Positions 26,101 to 37,718 of a stretch of 64,000 nt of DNA are shown piece by piece; within the stretch, counting starts at the first letter, position 1, and each line of letters starts with the position of its first letter. The stretch covers positions 62,001 through 126,000 of the forward strand of contig JAHLWZ010000793.1 in NCBI GenBank assembly GCA_020536535.1, in the 5' to 3' direction. The position numbers and the translations under genes were made by a program. The stretch comes from Pelomyxa schiedti. Taxonomy: Eukaryota > Protista > Evosea. Under the pieces are notes generated by a model, which saw only the letters and a program-made list of their open reading frames with translations, did not search any database and was not told the origin of the DNA.

Positions 26101-26891
26101 TTCCTGGGCTGTACCGCGTTGGATATATTCAAGTATTTACTTGAAATTACCCTTGGTTTCCTCATTCCCTTCCAGGAACACATGCTACAAGAAACTTTCT
26201 CAGAGATGCAATCCTTTCTCAAGAAGAAGGGACTCACAGACTTCATTGCGCCTTACCTTATGGAATGGTTTTTCTTTTGTAGAAGAGTTAAGCATCAAAC
26301 AAACTCACTCTAGGTACATGCTAGCTTATCTGAGAATACTGCCGTTTGAGCTAACCCTTCGCGTTTTTGACGTCTTTCTATGTGAAGGCTACACATGGTT
26401 GTTCAGTGTAGCTCTGGGCATCTTCAAAATGTTTGCCAGTATGTCCTCCACCTAAATGACAGTGTCTAACTCCTTACAGAGGACATATTTGGTGAGAAGG
26501 ATGAATGCCTACTCCAACAAAAATTGAAAGACATTGGCAAATGCTTTGTGGATACACAAGTGGCGCCTACTATATTCGTCAAGTTCGCAGAGAAAAACAA
26601 ATGCAAATCGTCACATTTAATGCGGTTTGGTGCCGAATATGATGCCATCCAACAACAAAAGGAGAGGCTGAAGCCCGCTGCGGCTACCGCAACCGCCGCG
26701 TCCGCTCCAATCAAACTGTCACACAGTTCATCCACCACATCCCTTAAATCCGGCACCTCAACTACCGCATCCACATCCACATCAACATCCAAGACACACG
26801 CCGCCACACCATCTAACCTTGCTAAGAAGGTTCCTCTCCCTCACTCAGTAACATTCTGTTTAACTTGCATTCCTAGGGACGAGGAAACTGA
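23119..26891 (+). CDS. Ankyrin-repeat + TBC (Rab-GAP) domain protein with an S/R-rich N-terminus
   Basis: Ankyrin repeats (TALHVAA, TPLHVAI, GDTALHIAA, GLTPLHVAI); IDRYGF, KGIPDRCRGEAW, R-finger LDLDIKR, Q-finger YTQ|GMA, LRVFDVFLCEG. Confidence 0.9.
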
Positions 26892-27163
26892 TTGTCTGTT
26901 TCTGCCATGTTACTTTTGTAAAAAAAAGAAAAAAATCTTCCCCACCTGGCCTCCAAGAAGTGAAAAAAATCAGTGTCGGATTGAGTCTTCAAAGGAATTC
27001 GTGGTTCAATTTTGTCATCAGAAAACCAAGCAAACCAACACCCAGTTCCGGGAGACAACGGGGAAGACACACAACCGGCGGGGAAATTGTGGGACAATCA
27101 AAAAGAAACCAAGGGACTTGATACAAACAAATTAAGCTTGAGAGTGTCAGTCTATAAGGGGGC

Positions 27164-28444
27164 TCAATACTGGCTTCTCTGGGGTTGCGGCGGTGGTTGC
27201 TGTTGTGTTGGCATTTGATTTTGGGGGAGGGATGGGTGGGTAGATATGGGGGGAATGCTGGTTGGACCCATGGGAATTTGGGGTTCTTGTTTTGGGTAGT
27301 GCTGTTGAGGTTGGTGTTGGTGCTGTGGCTGTGGCTGTGGCTGTGGCTGTGGCTGTGGCTGCTGTTGGTGTTGTGTGTTGGTTGCTGGGAGAGGAACTCT
27401 CTGTTGTGGAGGCTGCGGCGTTTGTTGGGGTGGCACCTGTTGTGGGTGGGAGTACTGTTGTGAATACTGGTACTGCGCCGGAACCATCATCGAGCTTGGA
27501 ATGGAGGCCATTGGCGGTGCTGAAGCTCCAAGTTGCCCCGTCATGCCTTGTGTAACCTCAGTTTTGTGTTTACTACTCTGACAATAATGTTTGAGACGAT
27601 TACAATTAAAACGGAAAGGTACCTTCTTAGATTTCTTATCCTTCTTTTTGTCCCTCTTGGTTTTTTCATGATGGCTTTTATGTGGTTTCTTTAGGTTTCA
27701 TTAGTTGGTAGTGAAAGGAAAAAGGAACACACGTGATGAGGAGGATCCGGTGCGTTAGGGCACGTTGATCTGTTGTGCCCGCGCTGATGGCAAATTCCGC
27801 AAGTTCCTGGCGTACCTGGTGTTCTTCCTCGTTGCTACATAATTTTAGGTGCAAAATAGAGCGTGAGAAATAGGAGAAACCTTTGGAGCCGAGGGCACAG
27901 GCTGCCCCGGGGAAGCAGAAGTTGCACTCACAGCGGGACCCACTACGCTCATGGTTTGAGGGGGTTGCCCCATCAAAAGCCCAGCACCAGGCATCATTCC
28001 GCCGCTCACACCCACGTGTGGCATCAGCATCGCCTGCTGTATCTGCTGCGGGGGAGGCAAGTGCGGGGGTGGGTTGTGCGGCCCGTGCTGGTGGTGCCCG
28101 TGCGGGTGCGGCTGCGGCAGCTGCGCCATCTGCTGCGCCTGCTGCTGGGACAGCTGAGGCTTTTGCTCCACATAATGCACCTGATGCGTCTGCTGTCCCA
28201 CCACCCCCGACTGCTGCTGCTGTTGCTGCTGCTGCAGCATAGACTGTTGTTGCTGCTGCTGCTGTGTCTGCGGTAGTGTTTGTGGTTGTGATTGTTGCTG
28301 CGGGGGTTGCTGCGTCTGCTGTTGTGTCTGCTGGTTGACATATTCGTTGCCGGGGTTAGAGGGGGCGCCGCCGACGACGTTGGGGGCCACGTTCGCAGCT
28401 GCACCACCCGACGCTGTAGCGATCGCAACTGTCGCCATTTGCAT
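27164..28444 (-). CDS. Gln/Pro-rich protein with one CCHC zinc knuckle and a Lys-rich patch
   Basis: Exon 2 encodes CGICHQRGHNRSTCP (C-x2-C-x4-H-x4-C), flanked by Q/P-rich exons and KRDKKKDKKSKK. Confidence 0.75.
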
Positions 28445-28760
28445 GTGATGATTGATGGGGGGGGAAAAAAGTGCCCTTGGTGGCTGTCCTTTTTTTTTTC
28501 TCTCTCTTTTTTTTAATTTTTTTTCCCTTTTCTTTGGGGTGTCTCCTCTAACAGCACCTCCTGGGCTTTATTTTCTCGTTCTCGGTTTTATTATTTTTTT
28601 GTTTGTTTCCAGTCATTTTTTCACCCCTTTCTCTTGGAACAATTTAATAAATAGTGCAACTGTTCAATTGGCCGACCGATTTAGACCCTTAAGAGATCTT
28701 CTCGTATCTCGTGCACTGTATCTTTTTTACCAAGATACAAAGCGGTGCTTCAGCATTGCA

Positions 28761-31297
28761 CTAGCCAACTTGTATTCCCACAGAGCCACACAGAGCAGGA
28801 CCGCCAAGCAAAGCCCACCTCTGTAGTATCCCTAGCACCGCGTCCTGGTCTGATTTAGAAGCCCACAGGCTAGATACACCCCCAATGTCCCGTAAGACCC
28901 AGAATTGTCCACTGATCATCAGCGGCATGGAATCCACGATTTCCTGTATCTGCTCCATCGTTGGTGGTGGTTGGGCGGCCGGTGTTGTAGCTGTTGATGG
29001 TGGTGGGGGCGGCGGCGGTGCGGTGGTAGCGGAAGCTGATTGTGTTGTTGTTGCTGTTGGAAGGGGTGTGGTTGTTGTGGATTGCGGCATTGCGAGTGGT
29101 AGGGTGGATAGTTTAGTGTGGGGATCTCTATCTAGTGCTGCTAGGCAGGCCTTGTCAAGTGGTATCCATGTGTATTGGTCTGTAAGAAGTTCGGAAGGGT
29201 ACCAGTGCCTCTTATAGTTCATCTATTTGGTTGGTTAAGGGAGTCTGGAGATAATTTATGGAGGTACCTTGGAACATGTGTGGATGTAGAATACCTAGGA
29301 AATGGGTGCATCAGCGGAGGCAAAGAAAAAAAAAGGAAGTGAACCATGTGATAGTGCGGAACCATTGCGAGTCTGGCAAGCTCGATTTCCTGTAAAACCG
29401 AGACCACACCAAGTGATAGGTAAGATAGGTTCGGATCATAAAAGCTGCGCAATTATTAGTCTCGTTGTTTTCAGTAAATGAGCACACAAGTATACGGAAA
29501 GAAGGGCTTCAGTCAGGATGTCTATGACACATACACCGACAAGTACACCATCAATCCGCATGTGCCCATGGAATGAGCCAAGCCCCAAGGGATGACCAGC
29601 AGAGGGTCCTTCAGACACAAGGGGGCTAGGGAATGTCAATAGAACTTTAACGGAAGTGAAGCTCACCTATCACATAAGAACTCAGTGTAAGATTTCTCGT
29701 TAGTGTCTTTCTTGTGCACAGCAATTGAGTACCTTAGAAAATGTTACGCAGTGACAAGTTAATGTTGGGAGTGGCAACCTCCTGTACAGATCGAACTCTT
29801 CCTGTGTGAAGTGCGCTGGGTGTAATTGAAAGTCAAACTTGTGTACTGGTGGGACTGAAGGGAGGGCTGTAATAGCCTCTTGGAGTTTTTGACTAGATTT
29901 GGAACTCTTAGCACTCGAGCTGGTAAGGGTTACGGTACTTGTACTAGTTACTGTTGAAGGGATTCCCTTATGTGGGGTTGAACTAGTCGTTGTAGTAGCC
30001 GCAGAAGAAAGCTCCTTAGCCTCGGAGAGACTGATGTTGATGTGGCCACTAGGGGCTACACTTGCAGTATAAGGGGTCTCAGTAGAGGCCGGTATCTTCT
30101 GTAATATAATCTGTGCAACTTCGAAGGCAGACATGACAGGAGAATCGGAAGGTAGTGTAGTGCTGCTTGCAGCTTGTGACGGCTCTTTAGAAGCCTTCTT
30201 GATGTGTTTTGGAACAAGCATGGATGCGTACACAACCCCAATAGATGATGAGAGTTGGGAATGGGTTTCCCGTTGCTGTGAGGGTGTGTGGGACCGTAGA
30301 GTTATAGTAGGTAGCTTATGATGCCCCGGGAGTGGGGGAAGAAGGCCCGATTGCATTGCAGACTGTAATGCCGTTTGAATATCCCCCACAATGAGGGCAC
30401 TTAGGGCTTCGGGTATGGAATCAGTTGGGGAACTGATTTCTTTTGGTTTGAGAACCTTGGGTGGAGTTGTATTGGAAGCTGAGGGCAATGTTGGAGGCTG
30501 AGAAAGAGAAGGCGGCAAAGAATCTGCTTTCTTACTTACAGGGAATTTTCCATACTGAAGCCAATAGTGAAAGCGAGATTTCGCCCTGTTTTGTTTTTAA
30601 TAAAATATGCAACATGCTAACGCACCCCCTCTGAGATTTGGTAAGTTTGTGGGAAGCGACAATCAATCTTATTGCGTGCTGAGGGCAACAAACTTGGTCA
30701 TTCAAAGGTTTGTAAATATACCTTTGGAAAAGTGAGTAGATGCTGCAGATTGTTTTTACCTTCCAGAACGAGTCCATCCTCGATTGGCAAGGGCCATGTA
30801 GTCAGTGCACGTTAGAGTGACAGCATTGCCACCTAAATCTTTGTAAGTGAAGAGGAATAAGAAGCCACTTTCTTGCTCAGACCAAAAGAAATCCTGCCAG
30901 TCTGGGAAACCCCGCAATAACTGCAATACCCACCGTGCGTAGAAAAGAGTCTCACTATAGAATGAATACTTTGGAGGTGAATTGGTTCCAGGGGTTAGAA
31001 CGAACAAGGTCATGAGGTGGGGTTCCTTACTTTGGACTCACAGGAGTAGGCATGGCCACAGCGCCACCAGTGTTAGGCTTGATCCCAGTTAGCTCAGTAA
31101 CCCTCTCTACTGCCAATTGCACACAATCCGCGTCACCACCACTTTCACTGGCATCTACAACACAATTCAACAACACCTGGTTTGTTCATTTTAACAAAAA
31201 AGTACATGCAATATCACCCAAAAAAAACAAAACAAACACTCACCTCCTCTAGAAGAGATGCGTCCACAGTCGGAAATAACTCAACGAGGCGTTCCAT
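28761..31297 (-). CDS. ATE1: Arginyl-tRNA--protein transferase (ATE1) with an N-terminal CUE-like extension
   Basis: YCSYCG, YMALANRGWTRSG|RYIYKP..CCPQHAIRL, EEFDLYRR, GSFHGHMRIDGVLVGVCVIDIL, FYDPNLSYLSLG, MNYKRHWYPSELL. Confidence 0.92.
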
Positions 31298-31554
31298 TCC
31301 TTGACTCCCTCGAGTACGTTGGAGTGGTTTTTGTTGTTGCTTTTGTTTCTGTTGCTGTCGCTGACGTTCTATGAAACGATTCACGTCGGGTTTCCTGACA
31401 CCTCCTTCCCTGCCGAAAAACCCAAAATCCCCAAACGCTGAGGGGACGTTACCCGTCTTCTGGGTCGCGAAAAGAAGGTTTAGGTTTTTTTAATTCAAAT
31501 TTATCTGTTTTCCCATGTTTAGATGTGATGATGAGAAAAGAAAGGCCACGTTGG

Positions 31555-32820
31555 TTACACAGAGGAAACTGCATGAACAGCCAAACGGGCGCAGGGAACA
31601 GTGATGGTGAGGAGAGAGCGTGCAGAGGCCGCGTGGATTACCTCAACGCAGTTGCCCTGACACTTTACCAACAATCCCCGGCTGGCATGCACAGTGCTAC
31701 CTGGGCTACCATCCCGGCTAAGCTCAATAACTTCGCTAGGGTGTGTCAGGTCGTTGCAGTCCCATATCTCAGCAATTTGGCCTGGCTTCTCTGTACAAAG
31801 GCAGAAGCGGGATTCATCCAGCTGGGTCATGTCGAGTTGGCTGTAGAGTACCTTTGTTGTGAGCCTCTGAAGCCTTCTGGCACCATCTTCGAGATAATAT
31901 ATCTCCATTGTATCAAATCCAAAGATCGTCTTGACCACCAAGCACCGCTCCCCGTTTTTCTTCCTCAATGCCATTGCTTGCCGCGCTACCTGGGATCCAA
32001 AGCTTGGAGGGGAACACGTCGTCATAGTCACCATCTCTAGGTCTTTCTTTGCATGGCTCTTGGCAACATCCACAACCACAAATACAAAGTAACTTTCCAT
32101 CTCGTCCACGTTCTGCTCAAAAATCACCATAAGCTCGTCCGGATCACTCGCGCTCATCTGCATAAAATACACCATGCTGGTACAATCCAGAACCGGAACC
32201 CTCACAGTCACTCTGGTATCCTCCGGCTTAACCTTCACATCATCCAATCTCTCAATTATAATCACCACCCCATCATCTTCTCCTTCCCCACTGCGCGTGT
32301 GAACCACCATCCACTTGGAATTCGCGGCTTGTTTGAGGTAGTTCTGGTACGTGGCCGTGTAACAAGGTACGACTTCGCCGGTGGCGGAATTTGTCAGCGT
32401 AAGCCGGTATTCACTTTCGGGGGAGTCACTGATAAACCATTTGTCAGCACCGAGCCACGTCCCATTATAGGGACTTGGATGATTCCCCGGGTATGCAAAC
32501 GGCTGGCGGGTGAGACTCATGAACAGCGGGGAAAAACCAAAACTGAGGATCCTGAAGTCCGGGAGGAGCTGGTGGGCTCCGGAACAGGCCAAGGACAGGA
32601 GGAATCTGGACTCAGACCGTACGACAAGGCGATTCCAGAGGGGTCCGCGGAGGAAATCCAACCACCACCGCGATTGTGGGTGCGTGGATAGAATGGCGCT
32701 GCGACTCCCGCATCGCGGGTGCGCCCCCATCGCCAACGCAATCATTTGTGACTGAATTGTGGGAACGCGGGCCGATACATCACACCACGCAGTGCCCTCT
32801 GGCGATTTAGTGGTCGACAT
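31555..32820 (-). CDS. Intronless hypothetical protein (about 421 aa) with an N-terminal 'ALAMGAHPRCG' motif
   Basis: Uninterrupted ORF from ATG 32820 (MSTTKSPE..SQMIALAMGAHPRCGSRS). The C-terminal part is rich in beta-strand-like segments. Confidence 0.75.
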   Translation of the reverse strand: MSTTKSPEGTAWCDVSARVPTIQSQMIALAMGAHPRCGSRSAILSTHPQSRWWLDFLRGPLWNRLVVRSESRFLLSLACSGAHQLLPDFRILSFGFSPLFMSLTRQPFAYPGNHPSPYNGTWLGADKWFISDSPESEYRLTLTNSATGEVVPCYTATYQNYLKQAANSKWMVVHTRSGEGEDDGVVIIIERLDDVKVKPEDTRVTVRVPVLDCTSMVYFMQMSASDPDELMVIFEQNVDEMESYFVFVVVDVAKSHAKKDLEMVTMTTCSPPSFGSQVARQAMALRKKNGERCLVVKTIFGFDTMEIYYLEDGARRLQRLTTKVLYSQLDMTQLDESRFCLCTEKPGQIAEIWDCNDLTHPSEVIELSRDGSPGSTVHASRGLLVKCQGNCVEVIHAASARSLLTITVPCARLAVHAVSSV

Positions 32821-32931
32821 CCTTTTTTCTTTGATTTTGTGCCAGTTTCTTAAACTTTTCTCGTTTGGAGAAAGCATCAAACTCATCAAAAAGAACTGAG
32901 AAAAATGCCAGACGAACCGGTGAGTTAGTTT

Positions 32932-35529
32932 TCAGAGGCAGAGTATTAGGCATATTAACAGATTGTATAGGAGTATTGTGTAGGCTGAAACATGAGAGGC
33001 ACCATTTTTCATTGGTATCCAGAAGGGGTACAATATGTCATCAGGCAGATCAGGTAGTGCAGGTGGTGCAACTGCAACCAATTCATCATCAGGTGCTACA
33101 TACCAGGAGAAGCTCACTACCATCCTGAGTAACGTGGTTAGTCTAAGCAATTTGGAACTGGGGTTGGCTGTATACCTCAGGTCTATTGGGAAAGGGGACT
33201 GGCACATTGTTCCAACACACTTTACATCGGATATCAAGTTTGAGGTGATGTAGGCGAACTGTGCTGCCACGATTTTGTTCTGTGGGTTGAAAACGTTGCC
33301 TTGCTTGCTCGCAAGAATAGTAAGCTGTAATTCGGATATGTACTGGCATCCAGTCTACAAAAGATTTGAGAAAGAGCGGTGTACAGCAGGAGGAGGAAAT
33401 TGAGTAATAGGTTGGAAATGCATACTAATGTGGGAGGGGAGTCACTTATGGAAATCCATTCATCAACCAACTCCGTGGAGGCATTACCAAAGGCGGCAAT
33501 CAGGGATGGATGGCCACTGACAAACAGTGGTGTGGTGAGCCCAACAAACGCGGAACATACAGTGGAACTGTCAACTGTAATGTAAGTAAGCGAGGGCGGG
33601 GTTTGCTGGGAGATTGTCATACCGTTCAGTGATAAGGGATCAACATAGTATGTGCACGATGTTATAGAGTCATCACCAAAAGTAACAAGAGGTCCGGCTC
33701 CTGATGTGCACTGTAAACTTCCTCCGGTAACCCCCATTACATGGTAATCCATGGACGTGATGCTTTGATTGTAGAGTAAACACAATTCGCGAAGAAATAA
33801 ACATTACGTGGAGTTCACAAGCTGCCCAAGCAGTACTTGTTTACCATAAACATATCCAGGGTTACCAGACCGGTATGAAATAGTGCTTAGAGATTGCGAT
33901 GCCTTGAAGCCACTAAGTAGAGATTACACTGAAGCACATACTTGACGGTAATTAATCTTGAATTCAACTGAAGGATTGCAGACATATACTGGGCCGACCT
34001 CAATGTCAGCTTCCACAGCCTCAATAGTACTTCCAGAATATACTACATGATAGAACACCTTTAAAGTGTTACTAGGAAAGTGGAAGGAGAGGGAAGAACT
34101 CTTCGCAAAGCATTCTCACAAATACCAGTAGCGCTGTCATAATAAGTAGAAGGAAGCCCAGTTTGAATGCTGCAAGAGGAATTGGTGGGCCCAGTTGCTA
34201 AAAGAGATGAGCTCAGATTGTAATTTCAGTGGCAAACCGTTAAAGCAAGTAACTTTGGTCTTTGTAATAGGTACCACAGAATCGCATTGTGATGTCTAAA
34301 AGTGCGGATGGTTATCACAGAGTTTTTTTCAGTAACCTTACAGTGCAAACAAAGAGGTTGTCAACATAAGGACTGTGGCTCAAAGAATTGTTACAATCAT
34401 TTGCCAAAGTAGATTGGCATTCCTTCATACAAACGTTATCAAGTACATCAACGAGAAACACTAAGTTCTGTTAGGGTCAAGGGGATTTATGTAACACGCT
34501 CTACATGCAGGGCTAGAATCCGAGCAGACTCCCGTTGGATCTGTAGTAGGCAAGGAGAATACACCAGCAAGAAGCTGAGTCACATTATTTGTGTACTGGA
34601 TTTGGGCAAGCAATTGATCTCCATACTGTATTGAGTGTCATGTAGAGTCATCGTGTATGGGTACCTTATAGTCGGAGACGGGTGGTATTGTCGTGTTGAC
34701 CCTAAAAGAGAAAGATGGTACTGCCGAATTGATTTTATCAATGCCAACGTTATTCTCCGTCTCATAGAAGTATCCTCGCAAAGGGTCTGATAATTGGATT
34801 CAGGAATGTGATCTGCAGGATGGCACATACTGTTTTCAATGGCAACGCAAAGTTGATTTTCAACAAAGGAATTCTGTTCTGTAACGTGGTTCCACGCCAC
34901 AATTTCACCCTCATCGACACACATGATGGCATTGTCAGGGGGTCCTTCTGGAAGGCACTCCGTGAACAAACTCTTTTTTGGGAGTAAAAGTGTCAATGTA
35001 GTGCAAGTGGGTAAGTGGTCCAACTACCGCGTCTGTGTCATCACAGCTAGGGTCACAGCAACAGTTAGGGTCACACTTCCCCCCAGTCATATCACATATA
35101 CACTGCCCAATATCTGCTCGCATAATGTTGGAATCCAATAAAGAAAAAAAAAAGATAATACAAAGAGTTTCCCACAACAAAACCAACAGCACCCATAAGT
35201 GAGAGAGTGTTAGACAATAAACAAGCAGATATACCTTCGGGGTCGCCATGATTTTCCTCGCTGCTGCTACTACTGCTACTGCTGCTGCTACTGCCGGGAG
35301 CATTGCTACTGCTGCTCTGCGACGACAATGACTGCGACGAGGAAGACTGCGACGACGACGACAACGAAACCGACGACGAAGAGGATTCAGACGAGGAGGA
35401 GGAGGAGGTCTGTGCACAAACAGGCCCCATCACCGCCGCCATCAGCAGCACCGCGGCAACACCCACGTACAGGAGCGCCCCAGTCCCAACCACCGTCACC
35501 CACCGGTGGGACAACGTCCGCCTTCTCAT
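32932..35529 (-). CDS. TCTN: Tectonic-family (DUF1619) ciliary transition-zone protein
   Basis: Signal peptide; CICDMTGGKCDPNCCCDPSC; RSGNPGY; VTFGDDSITSC; IAAFGNAS..EWISI; hydrophobic C-terminus. Confidence 0.9.
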
Positions 35530-35632
35530 TGCCCCGATGCAGTCCACTCCTCTTGTTGCTTACTTGTGTTTCCAGCAAAAACGAAGAACAACGAGTTTTG
35601 TTGATTTCCCGAAAAAAGAGAGGGCAGTGTGA

Positions 35633-37522
35633 TTAGGACACCCAGGCCCAGGTGTGGAATGTGACCCCACAAGAAGTGACTGAAGAATTGGCCCGCACAT
35701 TGCCGTTATCGAGAACGCTGGCTGCAACCTGTGTTGTTGTGTTCAGAGGGGAGTGGGGAACCAAAGGAGGGAGTGGAAACCTGGTCCCACATTGGTTGGA
35801 GAGCTCCTTGGGGTAGATTGAAGTGCTTGGTGGCTTCGGTTTTCAGGTGATCGACTGGTATCCCTTTCCCTTCTGCTTTGGCGTCCTTCTGCAACATGGA
35901 AATCACGAATGCGGCCACTTGCTCAGCGTCGAGCTTGGGTTGCCTTTTCCGGCTGCCGCAGCACTTCCCAAGGCACCAGATAAAGAAACTAGTCACAACA
36001 ATTACTAGGCCAGTATATATGTAGTCTTTGTGGGCCAATAGCTGGTGAACGGAGAGCTGTGACAGTGTGAGAAATGAAGGGGTGAGTAAATAACACTAAC
36101 ACTTACTTGAAGTTTGCATAGCAGAGGTAGTTCCTCGGTTTTATCTGTCCAGAAAACAACGGCGGCGTCCATGCGGTGGTATAACCCGTAGCTGCCATTC
36201 ACACTGAGTATCGATTCCACGGCTGCTTTGATGGACTTGTGAGAGTACTCAGCTTGAAGTAGTCTCTTTAAACGAGTCAGGGCGAAGCCAAAAGTTGCGA
36301 GAAAGGAGGATATACAAATAAGCTTTCTTGAGTCAAAAAGGCATCTTTACCAGAACTGCATAAAAAGAGAGAATGTTGGTGCTTCAGATGGTACAAGATA
36401 CTCCGTATTACAAGAAGCGATTCATCATCTTTGGAGGGTGTTAGTTTGTATCAGATAAGGCGAAAACATACCAGGAACACAAATCCCTTCGAAGGCAACA
36501 AGAGGAGGGTGGCAATCAAATGTCCAACCACTGCAGGTAGCTGATTCCGGGCATGGTATACAATCAGAACTATCCACTGCTCCGCCACAAAACGGAGGTG
36601 GAGGTGCTACAAAAAGGTATGGCTTCATGTGATCCAAGAAATGAGAGCTGCCATATAGCAACAATGTGCAGTAGCCAGCAATTCCAACCAAAACAGCACA
36701 GACCAGTAAATACGAGAAGCACACTGCGAAAATGGAAGGTGTCTTTTTGAGGGGTGGCGCCGCTGCAGTCGCGGGCTTACGAGAAGGCATTCCCCCAAAT
36801 TTGTTCCGGCCGCGGGCCTTTGCCCCTTCCATCGCCGCCCCCGCCGTGCTACTCCCATCAGCTTCCTGACTCTGGAAATCCCCCGCCGGTGCACCAAGCA
36901 TAGCCCCGGGCTCCCCCGGAAGAGCAGACGCAGCGAAATCATCCATCTGAGGAGGGAGCACAGGCGCCGAGGGAGTGTACAGCATAGAAGAGTCGGTCTG
37001 GGTGTCCTGGGCGCCCGAGTCCGCACAGCGGTCCTCCTCCATCCACTCGGCCTCCTCCGCCCTGCCATCGCAGCACCCCTCGTCGATTTTCCCCCAGGCG
37101 TCGCACCCCGTGGCCAGCAGCGGGTCTGTCCCATCATTCCGACCCGCCGGCTTCCCCCTGGGCGCTTCTGGGGCAGATGTCGGCGGCAGAAGTGTAGCTG
37201 TAGTGGCGGCTGTGGCCGTGGCCGTGGCGCAGGTGGGGGGGAGCGTGGGGGCCGTCGATTTCTCTAGGGCTTCGAGCTCGGCCTGCAGGCTGCGGAGGCG
37301 GGCGGTGGTTTCGGTGCGATATTTGACAAGCATGGCGACGAGGTCGGTTTTCTTAAGGGTCTGCATGCGCTCCAGCACCCCGACTTCGTTGAGGACACTT
37401 CGGAGCTCGAGCACCGTCATGGCACCAGGAACACCACACGACCTAGCCACATCCAGGTTCCGCGACAGCGCCTCCACGACCTCCCTCAAGGCTTGTGTTG
37501 ATTCACTCGTTCCCGTCTTCAT
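35633..37522 (-). CDS. SRC1: Src1/Heh1/MAN1-like inner nuclear membrane protein (HeH + MSC domains)
   Basis: HeH motif MTVLELRSVLNEVGV..LKKTDLVAML; TM; luminal FCG..CIPCPESATC; PLLCKL; second TM; IPVDHLK..MWDQV..TWAWV*. Confidence 0.8.
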
Positions 37523-37718
37523 GCGCAATTTGTTTCTGTTTTTTTTTTCTTCTTCGTTAGAGGAAAATCTGCTTCCTTTTGATTGGCGCCAAGCAGCATG
37601 TGCAACTCACCCCACGGCAGTGGCAGTTGGTGTTTTTGTTTGGCGGGAGAAGAAATCAGGAGGTTCCTCTGTATCCCCGAGGGGGACCATCACACAGCAC
37701 GAATTTACCAGCAAGGCC

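Noticed and set aside
27740-27830. CCHC knuckle as a retrotransposon Gag
   Set aside because: It is an intron-flanked exon in a Q/P-rich gene, with no pol ORF or LTRs nearby.
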